Positions 1-10,273 of a DNA stretch of 64,000 nt are shown one piece after another. The notes under the pieces are model-generated. The model searched no databases. It had not been told where the DNA came from and saw only the letters and a program-made list of their open reading frames with translations. The first letter of the stretch is position 1; the number at the start of each line of letters is the position of its first letter. This stretch comes from Acidobacteriota bacterium. GTDB taxonomy: Bacteria; Acidobacteriota; UBA6911; RPQK01; G965218465. The stretch spans positions 2,868,097 through 2,932,096 of the forward strand of contig OZ244623.1 in assembly GCA_965218465.1 (NCBI GenBank), read 5' to 3'. A program made the translations under genes and the position numbers.

Positions 1-105
1 GGATGGCCAGATGGTGTCGTCACACGGCTGTGGAACCCAGCGTAGGCAGAATTCGACGTAGAGACACTAAGGGGCACCATGTAACTCATCAAGTCGGTTG
101 TCGGT

Positions 106-525
106 TCAGTGGGTAGTGGATGAATCTCGCTCACTGTTGCCTATCCCTTTCATTTTCGTTTCCTCACGGACTTTGCGCGCCTTCTTCTGAAGCCAGCGAC
201 CGATGCTGTCTGCTTGCTCCGCGGTGAGAATCATGCCTACCAAGACCGTGCGCTGCAACGTGCCCGGAGGAGGCGTGCGTTCTAGTTCGCTTCCTAACAG
301 ACCGTCGGGGCGCACCGCTTGTGTGATCTCCTCCGGTAGCAAATGGGACTCGTGGAAGAGGTCCACCATGATGTCGCCACGCGGCGTTGGCCCACCCCAG
401 ACTCCGTTTACCGGGATGAGGCGGTAGTCATCGTCCTTTTCGAAACGGAATGTGATCTCTGTCGGTGGTGTGTCCACAAATCTAACCCCCTTGAGTCTTA
501 TGTTTACCAGAACCGTCCGTCCCAA
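106..525 (-). CDS. hypothetical protein
   Basis: 139-aa ORF with protein-like composition and no recognisable motif. It lies in a region of small overlapping ORFs next to an integrase fragment. Confidence 0.3.
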   Translation of the reverse strand: MGRTVLVNIRLKGVRFVDTPPTEITFRFEKDDDYRLIPVNGVWGGPTPRGDIMVDLFHESHLLPEEITQAVRPDGLLGSELERTPPPGTLQRTVLVGMILTAEQADSIGRWLQKKARKVREETKMKGIGNSERDSSTTH

Positions 526-2712
526 ACGACTGTTTTATTCAGCAAGGCAACCCCGGCACACGGGATCTCCCCGCACGATGTTTGCAGCCTCTAGTATATC
601 GGTTTTCTAACGTGTGCTGAAAAATCGACCTTCTTACGGGGGCTTGCCAAGCACAATATATAATCCCCTTAATTTTTCCTCAATCGTTCTTCCGGCTTGT
701 AATCAGATCTTTCGGGCCACAGAAGCCGCTTGCTGCGCTCGGCGGGAGTGGCGTGAGCGTGCGTTAATATTTCTTGAGCCGGACGCCCCGTGCAGGGAGG
801 CTGAGGAGGTCGTGGAACGGATCGGACAGCTCCTCGAAAACCGGCGTTGAGAAGGTCCTACTGTCGGAGGCTACGGCGAGGGAACAGGACCAACAAGCCG
901 CCAGTCCGAACCGTAAGAGGGCGGCGCCGGAAAAGCAGCTTACGGATAAAGCCCGACCGAGGGGGAGGCGGGGAGCCCTTTGCCCTCCCAGAATGATACC
1001 TAAGAAAAAACTTCTAGAACCCCTAAGCCAAAGACCAGGAATAAGGCAAATTAAGGGAGAGGTCCGGGTATAACAAAGGCAGGAGGGAATGAGAAAAAAT
1101 GAACGAGAAGGAATTGGAGAAGCTGCTCGATTTGCCGGAGACGAAGGGAAAGTCCAGGACCCCGCTTTGTTGGTGGAGAATATGGCGAATGTGTACGGGG
1201 GCCTGTGCGATTTGTTGGAAGCCAATCGCGCCCAGGAGGACGCCGTCTGGGCGGCTGGCTGCCAGCTTAACGTTTACGTGCGCCGGTTCATGGCCTTGTT
1301 GAAACCGCTGCCCGCCGAGCGGGTGAATTGATGCCTGACCTGCAGGGGACTTGTCTTGTGCTGGACGGCTGGGGCCAAAATCCGCGTTGGATCTGCGAGG
1401 GTTGTTTGGAGGAACTGGGCAAGGCCAAGGCCGACACGCCGGGTCTCCAAGCCGTCCACCACACGCGCAAATGCCTGCGCGCGCTGCTGAGGGCCGGGCT
1501 GGTGCGCCGCTCGCCGGGCAGGCCCGCGACCTGGAGGCTGAGGCGGTGACGGCGAGGCGGGTTGCGAACGCGGGCATGATTGGAACCTCAAGACCGGGAA
1601 GGGCGAGGCCGCGCTAGGCTACCGCGCGTGCGGAAGGCTTTGGCCGGTCGCCCAGGAGCAGGTCGTCCAGTTCAGCGGGTTCACGCGCCGGACCGTTCGG
1701 CTCTACTTGCAGGTGCTGTTCCAGGAGGGCTATGTTGAACGCGCGGGGACGGGCTACAAGAACGAGGCCTTCATGTACAGGCCGAGCCTGTGAACCGGTG
1801 AGGAGGCTCAAAAGATGACGGGTTGGGACTTCGCGCCGCTGTTGGCCGTTGGGGTGTTCTTCTTCCTCCTTTGGATCCTTTGGTCCAAGCGCAGACTCTC
1901 TGAGGTCGTGGCGGTGGTGATTAAGATGATCGTCACGTTATTCCTGATTGCTCTGTTCTTGCCGTTGCTGGGAGGGTGTTGAGCTCGCTGTGAGGAGGTG
2001 CAGCGGTTGAGGTGCTGCGACTGCGGCCACGCGAGGGGATGGAGATGAGAATGTTCACACCACGGACACGGGGACCCCTACCAATCTTCCGGCGGAGCAA
2101 GGGATCGCTCGCGCCGGTTAGCCTTGCTCCACGTGAACTAGGGGTGATCTTTACGCAAACCACGCTTTTTCTGTTAGCCTGCGGGCGTTGGCTCCCTTGG
2201 CAGAACGGGTCTACTCCGGACTATTGGATTCATCCAAGAGCGTAGAGAAAGAGGCGGCCAGATTGCCCGATAGGATTGAGCTGGAAGAAAGATTGAAGGC
2301 CCTTGGCATCGAGGCCCCGCCTTGGCGCCATCACACAGCGTTTGAGCAGTGGAACGCATGGCTTGCGGTGCTGTTGCCCGCTATCCGACGGGGAGATTTG
2401 AAAGGGGCGCGGAGGCTGGTGCTGGACGGGGGCATGACCGTCGCGGTCGGTAGCCGGGCGGTGCTGCAGCACTCGCTGAAGGTCTCGCGGGTCAAGAACG
2501 ACGACGCTGGGAACATCGGCTGTCCAAGGACAAAAACAACACGGCCCGCGACGATGTCGCCGCCGCCCTGATCCTCGCCGCCGGTCTCCATTCGCGCCTG
2601 CCCGCCCGGTCGCCCCTCACGAGGTAGAGACGAGAAATAAATGGCCGGGAAAATCGGTCGCCGGATCTACGGGTCGAATCGCTGGCGACGCCTGCGCGTG
2701 CGGGTGCACCCC

Positions 2713-3097
2713 TGCCACGCCCGAGGCTCCGCTTGCCCAGTGCGTCCATCGTGTACTTGACAACCTTGCCCCCAGGGATCGGTTGGTCCAGAGCCTTGGC
2801 CCGAAAGCGGACGGCGGAGATGATGTTGTTGAGGTGACCAAGCGTCACGCCCTGGCTGAATCTGAAGGTCAGGTACTTGGCCAGCAGCTCGTTGGTCAAC
2901 TCCTGCCCATTGAGCCAGCCGTCCAGCTGGCGAAGCGTCGATTTGTAAGCGCCGAGCGTGGAATCGCACAGCGACAAGAACGCCCGCTCCAACCGGGGGT
3001 CGTCCTCTTCGGCCTTGAACCACTTTGTTTTCCCAAACCGGACCCAGGGATCCTTCTTGAACCCCATCGTGCTCAGTCGTTGGAATTGGTCACTCAT
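2713..3097 (-). pseudogene. tyrosine recombinase/phage integrase N-terminal core-binding (SAM-like) domain fragment; catalytic domain absent
   Basis: Translation MSDQFQRLS...AYKSTLRQLDGWLNGQELTNELLAKYLTFRFSQGVTLGHLNNIISAVRFRAK follows the Y-K-x-T-L / L-T-x-x-x-L / I-S-A-x-R pattern of integrase N-terminal domains. The ORF then runs into GC-rich nonsense (RGRGAPARAG...) with no R..HxxR..Y catalytic region. Confidence 0.45.
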
Positions 3098-3177
3098 TTG
3101 GTCCTCCTTTGCTGTCTTGTAATACCCCTCCAACAAGGAACCAAGCCTCCAAAGTGTGGAATAATGAGAAATTGTCG

Positions 3178-4098
3178 ATGAGAAGGACCGCAATCGTTTG
3201 CTTCAACCTGGCCTCGATTTTTGGCGGGCTGCTGGCCCAGGAGGATTTGCCCAAGCGTCAGGAACCTTTTCGGGTGCAAGTCGATTCGGTCAACGTCTTG
3301 CTGGCCGTCCACGACAAGAGTACTGGAGAGTTCATTGCGGATCTCACTCCCGGAGAGGTCGAGATCTACGAAGATGGAGTTCTGCAAACCATTACCAACT
3401 TTGCCCGGGAAACCGGCCTATCGTTGTCGATCGGTCTATGCATCGACACCAGCTCGAGCGTCAAGATCAAGCTTGACTTCGAGAAGGAAGCGGCCACTGA
3501 TTTTGTGTATTCGGTGATGCGGCCTGGTGACCAAGCCCTATTACTCGAGTTCGATACCGGAGTTACCCTTCTCCACGATTTCACCACCAACCCTAATGAT
3601 CTGACGAGAGAGATCGCGCGCCTGAGAGCTGGAGGTGGGACTTCACTCTACGATGCGATTTATCTGGCCTCGGAACAGAAGATGATGGATGCACCCGGAC
3701 GCAAGACGCTGGTCGTCCTCTCGGACGGTGCTGATCTGACCAGCCAATATACTTTTGAGGATGCCCTCAGATTGGCCTATCAGGCCGAGGCAGCCATCTA
3801 CGCCATCAGCACGACGCGCTTTGGAGCCGAGATCGACCACGAAGGAGACAACGCTCTACGACAACTGGCGAAAAAGACCGGTGGACGGGCCTATTTCCCC
3901 TATTCGACCAGCCAACTGACCAAAGCCTTCAAAGCGATCAACCAGGAACTCCGCAATCAGTACAATCTGGCCTACACTCCCAGCCGTTTTCAAAATGACG
4001 GCAAGTTTCACGCCATCCGCGTCAAGGTCAAGCGAGATAACGTGCACTTGTTTTATCGCAAGGGCTATTACTCTCCCCGACCTGACCCGGAGCCTTAG
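3178..4098 (+). CDS. von Willebrand factor type A (VWA) domain protein, secreted
   Basis: ATG at 3178 (MRRTAIVCFNLASIFGG, signal-peptide-like). VWA/MIDAS motif CIDTSSS followed by GGTSLYDAI and VVLSDGAD. Typical acidobacterial VWFA architecture. Confidence 0.7.
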   Translation: MRRTAIVCFNLASIFGGLLAQEDLPKRQEPFRVQVDSVNVLLAVHDKSTGEFIADLTPGEVEIYEDGVLQTITNFARETGLSLSIGLCIDTSSSVKIKLDFEKEAATDFVYSVMRPGDQALLLEFDTGVTLLHDFTTNPNDLTREIARLRAGGGTSLYDAIYLASEQKMMDAPGRKTLVVLSDGADLTSQYTFEDALRLAYQAEAAIYAISTTRFGAEIDHEGDNALRQLAKKTGGRAYFPYSTSQLTKAFKAINQELRNQYNLAYTPSRFQNDGKFHAIRVKVKRDNVHLFYRKGYYSPRPDPEP

Positions 4099-4384
4099 TC
4101 CAAAACTCGTACGACAACCCCCGATTCCGCCAAGTTGAATTTCACTCCAGGACCTTCCTCCCTCCAATTGTATTGCCCGGTCGGATTTCCGACCGGACGT
4201 TTTGAACTTTTTTGAGAAGCCGACGTTATAAGTAGTGGGACCTTACACACAGGACCTTACACACACCCCCCTGAGCCCGCGAGGAAGGACCGACAAGGGA
4301 GTTCCTCGCGGGCTCTCCCTCTGGCCGTCCACTCGTTTTTTGGCAGCATCATTCGGCTTGAAAGCAATCGGCAAGATCCGAATC

Positions 4385-6697
4385 TCAAGGAAGGGAAAGA
4401 CTGTCGAGCAGTCTCCGGGCCGTCACGTCCTGCGGCGCCAAGTCGACCAGTTTACGGGCGAAACGGCGAGCTTCCCCAAGTCGTCCCGCATCCCGGTTGA
4501 TGGTGGCCAAAGCATAGATCAGATCACGATTGGCGGGATGTTTCTGGTGGCAAGTCAACAAAATATCGAGGGCCTGACCGGTATTGCCGGTTGAGTGGAG
4601 CGCCACGCCATAAACATAGCCGTAACGGGGCAGATCGGGTCGCAGCAGGAAAGCTCGCGCCAGGCTGGCGACCGCCTGGTCGGAGCGCCGAAGCCGAACC
4701 AGCAACAGCCCCAGAGCGTGGTGTATGTCGCCATTGTCGGGTTCGATCTCCAAGGCTCGCCGCAGCAACGGCTCGCCTTCCGCATCCCGATCCTGTAGAC
4801 GGTAAAGATCGGCCAGATTGACGTAAGCGGAAACAAAGGTGGGCAGCAATCGCAACGCGACTTCGTACTCGGTTTCGGCCTCCTTCAGCTCACCTCGCCG
4901 GGTGTGGACTAGAGCCAGGTTGAGGTGGGACTCTGCCCGGTCGGCGTTGAACATCTGGGCAGAGCGGTATTCGGTCAGAGCCGCTTCCAGCCGGCCGCGC
5001 TGATTGGAAGTGGTCAAGTTGGCAGGAAGATCCGCCAAGAGACGAGCTGCCTCCTGGCGCACGCTTCCCGCCGGATCGTTGAGCAAGGGCATTCCCAACG
5101 AGGCTCGCCGTCGCGTCGAAGTTCCTTCGAGACTCCTTAGCGCGGCCAAGCGCACCAGCGGATCGTCATCTCTTAGCCCGCGCGGAAGCACGCTCAGCGA
5201 CAACGGGCTCAAATATTGCCCCAGCAGGGAAAAGGCTGTTGCTCGGGCGATAGCCGGGACTTCCTGGTTCTCGGCAACAGCGATCAGTTGCCTCTCGGCA
5301 TCGACCTGCCCCACTCGACCCGCGTGCAGGGCGTAACCGTAGTTGGGCCGGCTAAGCCGTTCGCTCCCGTACCAGTCAGCCACTCTGTCTGCCGCCCACT
5401 CTACCGTTCGGTCGCCGTGGCATCCGTTACAAGCATTGGGTGTCCCGAGTTGGAGCGAGAGATCGGGCCGCGGGACGCGAAAACTGTGATCACGGCGTGG
5501 GTCGACCACCATGTAGTTGCGGGCAGGCATGTGACAATCCACACAATTGGAGCCTTGGCCCGACTCGTGAAAATGGTGTTGCGGGGTGTCGAAGGTATTG
5601 GCCAGATGGCACTGGTTACAAAGTTGATTGCCCGCGAAGAGCAGCTTCCCGCTATGAGAATCATGGCAGTTCTGGCAAGTCACCCCCTGTTCGTGCATCC
5701 GACTCTGGAGAAAAGAGCCGTAAACAAAGACTTCATCCAGAATCTGACCATCGGGGTAATAGAGGCCTTCATCCAACAAAGCCACTTGGTAGGAATCGGC
5801 CAGGGGCTGGCCTGGCCGGTAGTGCTGGAGTTGGGCTCGCCGTGAATGGCAACGACCGCAGATCTCGATTTCGAGGCTGAAGGCGCCGGGTTGGCGGCGC
5901 TGGGCTGTGGCCGCGCCTTCGAAGCTCCAGGCATCGGCGTCTTCCTTCGTCAGGTGGACGAGGAGACCGTTTCCGGTTTGCCAATCACTGATTTCTCCTC
6001 GAGCAGCGGCCCGAGCCCAACTCAGATGGTGGGAAGCCGGTCCGTGGCAGGCCTCGCAGGAGACATCGATCTCGGAGAAAGTGGTTTCGAACCGATCTTG
6101 AGCCGCGTCGTACGATTTGCGCAGGTTGGTGGAGTGACACTCGGCGCACTGATGGTTCCAGTTCTGAAAAGGTCCTGTCCAATGGAGAATATCGCGGTGG
6201 TCGATCGTCTCCCCGGGATAGAGGTGGAACCAGCGTTGACCTCCTTGCACAGCCGGTCGGGTATCCCAGGCAATGCTCAGTGCCTGGTAGCGTCCTCGGG
6301 GAAACTGGATCAGGTATTGCTGCAGCGGCTCCACTCCGAAGGTATACGCAACCGGATAATCGCGTAAGCGGCCATCGGGTCCGTCAGTGCGAACATAATA
6401 TCTTCCCCCCCGTTGGTAGAAGGTGGACGTGACCTCTCCGTAGGTGAACTTTGCCCCGCTGAAATCGCCTAGAACGGTGGCATCGGTGGCCAACTGCATG
6501 GCCAGGTCGTGGTGAGACCCTTGCCACAACTTGGTCTGCTCGAGATGGCACTCGACGCATGACTCCCGGCCCACGTAGACCGGCGTGCTGGTGCTGGTTG
6601 GGGCGGTCCCATCCGAGTTCGAAGACAGCCACAGGAAGAGGATTGCCACCACAGCTACCGCGGCGAGACCAACCACAATCAGGCGCGCATTCTTCAT
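4385..6697 (-). CDS. multihaem (8x CXXCH) c-type cytochrome fused to C-terminal TPR repeats, membrane-anchored
   Basis: Eight CXXCH haem-binding motifs (CVECH, CAECH, CEACH, CGRCH, CQNCH, CNQCH, CVDCH, CNGCH) in the N-terminal two thirds. TPR-like repeats in the C-terminal third (…AESHLNLALVHTRRGELKEAETEYEVALRLLP…). Likely start MKNARLIVVGLAAVAVVAILF (signal anchor) at 6697; the ORF extends to 6751. Confidence 0.75.
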   Translation of the reverse strand: MKNARLIVVGLAAVAVVAILFLWLSSNSDGTAPTSTSTPVYVGRESCVECHLEQTKLWQGSHHDLAMQLATDATVLGDFSGAKFTYGEVTSTFYQRGGRYYVRTDGPDGRLRDYPVAYTFGVEPLQQYLIQFPRGRYQALSIAWDTRPAVQGGQRWFHLYPGETIDHRDILHWTGPFQNWNHQCAECHSTNLRKSYDAAQDRFETTFSEIDVSCEACHGPASHHLSWARAAARGEISDWQTGNGLLVHLTKEDADAWSFEGAATAQRRQPGAFSLEIEICGRCHSRRAQLQHYRPGQPLADSYQVALLDEGLYYPDGQILDEVFVYGSFLQSRMHEQGVTCQNCHDSHSGKLLFAGNQLCNQCHLANTFDTPQHHFHESGQGSNCVDCHMPARNYMVVDPRRDHSFRVPRPDLSLQLGTPNACNGCHGDRTVEWAADRVADWYGSERLSRPNYGYALHAGRVGQVDAERQLIAVAENQEVPAIARATAFSLLGQYLSPLSLSVLPRGLRDDDPLVRLAALRSLEGTSTRRRASLGMPLLNDPAGSVRQEAARLLADLPANLTTSNQRGRLEAALTEYRSAQMFNADRAESHLNLALVHTRRGELKEAETEYEVALRLLPTFVSAYVNLADLYRLQDRDAEGEPLLRRALEIEPDNGDIHHALGLLLVRLRRSDQAVASLARAFLLRPDLPRYGYVYGVALHSTGNTGQALDILLTCHQKHPANRDLIYALATINRDAGRLGEARRFARKLVDLAPQDVTARRLLDSLSLP

Positions 6698-6799
6698 AGG
6701 AGAAATTGTAGAGCAATCTTGGCTGCCCTCGCAGGGCTGTTTTGGGCCCAAAGATGGAATAGATACAGGTCCAAGTCAGAACCCGATGCGAGGAACCCC

Positions 6800-7079
6800 G
6801 ATATGGCGGGGGTAAGCTTGTTTCATCCGGGTGGGCAACAGACCCGATCGCGCTCGATCCCGGTACGCGTCGCCGATAAATCTCCGACTGCCCGTACAGT
6901 GGCACGTGCTTCGCATACTTCGACACCAGCACGTGCGCCAGCAAACCTGTCCCGGCCACGATGTAGTAGACCTCCGAGCCGTTCCCACCCGTCACCTCGT
7001 CCAGGAGCCAGTAGAACGGAATCTCGGCTTCGCAGGAGTAGCGGTTACAAACGAGTTGGCAGCAATCGCCGTTGCTCAT
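6800..7079 (-). CDS. hypothetical small Cys-rich protein (zinc-ribbon-like CCxxxC...C)
   Basis: N-terminal ~90 aa of ORF 6384..7079 reads MSNGDCCQLVCNRYSCEAEIPFYWLLDEVTGGNGSEVYYIVAGTGLL... The rest of that ORF overlaps the cytochrome gene and is probably not coding. True stop unclear. Confidence 0.25.
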
Positions 7080-7269
7080 ACCGGGACATAATGTGAGTTA
7101 AAGTGTGCCTTTAGGAACTGGTCTGACTTATAATGAAGTGATGTCAATTGGCATGGTCATCTCCCCGACAAGATCAATGTCGTGAGCGTTGGTGGCCTCA
7201 ATTTCCCTTGTGCTGTCCCCTTGGTGATAATCCTGTCGCTGGGCACGCTTGACAGGAGGCTTCGCAGGT

Positions 7270-9024
7270 ATGGCGTTTCAGACCGCAATAACGATCAGTA
7301 AGGCACTCGGATCCATCCAACGCCGGGAGTACGTCTTACCAGCGATCCAACGGGAGTTCGTCTGGCAGCCCAACCAGATCAACCGTCTCTTCGACAGCCT
7401 CATGCGAGGGTACCCGATCGGCTCGTTCCTGTTCTGGGTCGCGAAACGCGAAAGTATCGAACAGTACAAGTTCTACGACTTCATGCTCGACTACCACCAG
7501 ATCAACAACCCTCGCTTAGCGTCCGTCGGCGCGGTTGATCGAGACGAGATCACGGCGGTGCTCGACGGACAGCAACGCCTGACGGCCCTGAACATCGGCC
7601 TGCGCGGCAGTTACGCAAACAAGCTGCCGCGCATGTGGTGGGACAACCCGGCCGCGTTTCCCAAGCGGCACCTATACCTTAACATCCTCGCCGAGGCACA
7701 GGAAAACGAGGCGGGCATGCGGTACGACTTCAGTTTTCTCACGCGGCAAGAGGCCGAACATCGGGACGAGACGCACTGCTGGTACGCCGTCGGCGATGTC
7801 TTCAAAGCGAAGAGTGCGGTGGACCTCTTTACCTTCATTCGCAAAAAGGAACTTGGCCATCTAGCCGACCCGTTTGACGTACTAGCTCAACTCCACAAGG
7901 TCGTACACACGGATCCGGTCATTTCGTACTACGAGGAGGAGAGTCAGGACCTCGACAAAGTCTTGGACATCTTTATCCGCACCAACAGCGGTGGCACGAC
8001 GCTGAGCTATTCCGACATGCTCATGAGCATGGCCACGGCGCAATGGAAGAACCTGGATGCCCGCGAGGCGATTCACGGGACAGTTGACCAGATCAACCGA
8101 ATTGGGGACGGCTTCGGGTTTTCCCAGGACTTCCTGCTTAAAGCTGGCCTGATGCTGGCCGGCGTAGGCAGTGTGCGATTCAAAGTCACGAATTTCAACC
8201 GCGAAAACATGAAGCTTCTCGAGGACCGTTGGGATCCTATCACGCGTGCGGTCCGCGTCGCCGTGGAACTGGTAACAAGGTTCGGTTTCTCGCGGGGTAG
8301 TCTCAGTGCGAATAACGCCGTCCTGCCCATCGCGCACTACCTGTATCAACGAGGCACTCCCACTGGATTTTTGTCTCACGCCAAGCATCGCCATGATCGC
8401 AATGCGATCCGTCGCTGGCTGATCCGCTCGCTACTCAAGCGGGGGATCTGGGGCAGCGGTCTCGACTCCCTGCTGACTGCGCTGAGAAGCGTGATCGCCA
8501 CGCACGGTGGCCAAGCGTTTCCAACGGCCCAGGTGGAAACGGCGATGCGAAGGCGAGGAAAGAGCCTGACGTTCGAGGAGGAAGAGCTCAAGGATCTTGT
8601 GGAATCTAAGGACCGCACGTTTGCCCTGCTGTCCCTCTTTTATCCCTTCGTCAATGTTCGGAGTAACAAGTTCCACATCGACCACGTATTTCCGAAGAGC
8701 CGATTCTCCTTCAAACGACTGCGCTCGGTCGGTGTGCCCAAGGACGACATTCGTGTTTTCCAGGATCGCGCCGACCGCCTCCCGAATCTGCAGCTGCTCG
8801 TTGGTGAAGTGAACGAGAACAAGAGCGACACACTGCCGCATCAGTGGATGGCAGAGACCTTTGATGCCCAGGAGGCCACGGAGTACGCCAAGCAGCATGA
8901 CCTTGGCGACGTCCCGGTCGACATCACTGGCTTCACCGCATTCTACAAAGGCCGCCGCGACCGCCTCCTCGGCAGGCTGCGGAAGCTGCTCGGTGCTGAC
9001 GGGCACGAGCTCTCAGCTGAGTAA
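7270..9024 (+). CDS. GmrSD-family type IV (modification-dependent) restriction endonuclease: DUF262 (ParB-like, DGQQR) + DUF1524 (His-Me/HNH-like)
   Basis: N-terminal DUF262 signature (PAIQREFVWQPNQINRLFDSLMRGYPIGSFLFW; DGQQRLTAL). C-terminal DUF1524-type motif (FHIDHVFPKS ... NLQLLVGEVNENK). AGGAGG RBS 10 bp upstream of ATG 7270; the longer ORF starts at TTG 7249. Confidence 0.75.
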   Translation: MAFQTAITISKALGSIQRREYVLPAIQREFVWQPNQINRLFDSLMRGYPIGSFLFWVAKRESIEQYKFYDFMLDYHQINNPRLASVGAVDRDEITAVLDGQQRLTALNIGLRGSYANKLPRMWWDNPAAFPKRHLYLNILAEAQENEAGMRYDFSFLTRQEAEHRDETHCWYAVGDVFKAKSAVDLFTFIRKKELGHLADPFDVLAQLHKVVHTDPVISYYEEESQDLDKVLDIFIRTNSGGTTLSYSDMLMSMATAQWKNLDAREAIHGTVDQINRIGDGFGFSQDFLLKAGLMLAGVGSVRFKVTNFNRENMKLLEDRWDPITRAVRVAVELVTRFGFSRGSLSANNAVLPIAHYLYQRGTPTGFLSHAKHRHDRNAIRRWLIRSLLKRGIWGSGLDSLLTALRSVIATHGGQAFPTAQVETAMRRRGKSLTFEEEELKDLVESKDRTFALLSLFYPFVNVRSNKFHIDHVFPKSRFSFKRLRSVGVPKDDIRVFQDRADRLPNLQLLVGEVNENKSDTLPHQWMAETFDAQEATEYAKQHDLGDVPVDITGFTAFYKGRRDRLLGRLRKLLGADGHELSAE

Positions 9025-10273
9025 CCACAAGACTCCGGAAAAGTCGCGGGTGGTGGATGTAGCCACAGGTTTGGGGCAATTCTGGGGGCATCTTCAAACA
9101 CCGATAGACAGTTTATCCAATAGAATCAACGATTTATTCTCGCTTTAGTGAGGAGGAGCACGACCCCCCGCGGAAGTTGGCATAGGTTTGAAAAATGCTA
9201 ACCCTCCGGCTACCGATCTAGGCATCCAATCAGGGGGCGCTCCCGTTGGCCCAGAGAGCCCCGCCCAGAGGGACCGCTGCTGGTGCCGAGACGCAAGCTC
9301 AAGGCAGACAACTACGTAGGCCAAGAAGGTTAAGTGGATACTATAAGGAAGAGTGTGAGCGCACCGAGGAATGGCTCTCCGGCGCACACAAGAAATTTTA
9401 CGCGATGTGCACTCGCCGGTCGACGGACACTCTCCGATTGACGTTCAAGACTACCCTCCGGGGAGCCAGCCGGAGCGTCCTCTCGCGAAGCCTCCGTCGT
9501 CGCTCCGGGGCTTAAGGTCCGCTGGAGCTCCTTAAACTCGGCGATCCACTTGAGCCCGGCGAGCAGATCCGCATACTCCTCAAACCCTCAACGTTCCCCT
9601 TGAGGGTCGGCTCGATTCAGCCGATCTCACGGCAGTCTTAACGCTGTCAAGAAGGCGGCAGATTGTCACGGGACCGGTGCGGCCTTTGGCTGAGTCTAGT
9701 TAGGTTAGTTAGGTAGGCCTCGCTACAAGAGTAGACCTGTCGTTGTGATCGTATCAGACCAGATACCCAATATGGCCAGGGCAGGGTGTCCCGAAGGTAT
9801 CCCTATGCTTGTTGAGCTTTGTGTCCATTGGTCGAGCTCTTGGGAATCTCTTAGCACAAACCGGGCACTGAACCTTGTAGGGCTTGGGGCTGAGGAAGCG
9901 GGTGCTCTTGGTTTCGAACGTCGTGTCTGTGTCCCTCGCCGAAATAGGGATTCTCCTCTTGGTCACCGGCCTTGGACAGCTCGATCGGATACTGTGGCTG
10001 GAACGAGCGGTCCACATCGTTGGAATCGGCAAAACCCACACGGATAAACGGAGCTCCGAGCGTGCCCTTTTGGGAGAGCGACGCTCAAGTCGGTCGGGGC
10101 GAACCTGGGGACTTCACATTATTGATTCCGCATTGATTCCGCATCTCAATTCCCAAAGGGTGATCGATAGGGTGACAAGAGCCTCAGATACGCAATACAA
10201 ATACAAGTGACAAAATGACTTAGGACAGTTCCAACAGCGGACTGGTCGAAAGCCCTATTTCGACTATCTCCGG

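Noticed and set aside
1629-1793. Possible small winged-helix protein (…TRRTVRLYLQVLFQEGYVERAGTGYKNEAF…)
   Set aside because: Only ~54 codons from a GTG; an initially attractive longer reading came from a frame misread. Too short and unsupported to call.
9754-10041. 95-aa minus-strand ORF with C2H2-like Cys/His spacing (CPVCAKRF…HRDTFGTPCPGH)
   Set aside because: Short, overlapped by an equally long plus-strand ORF, no RBS identified; kept only as a remark under the GmrSD finding.
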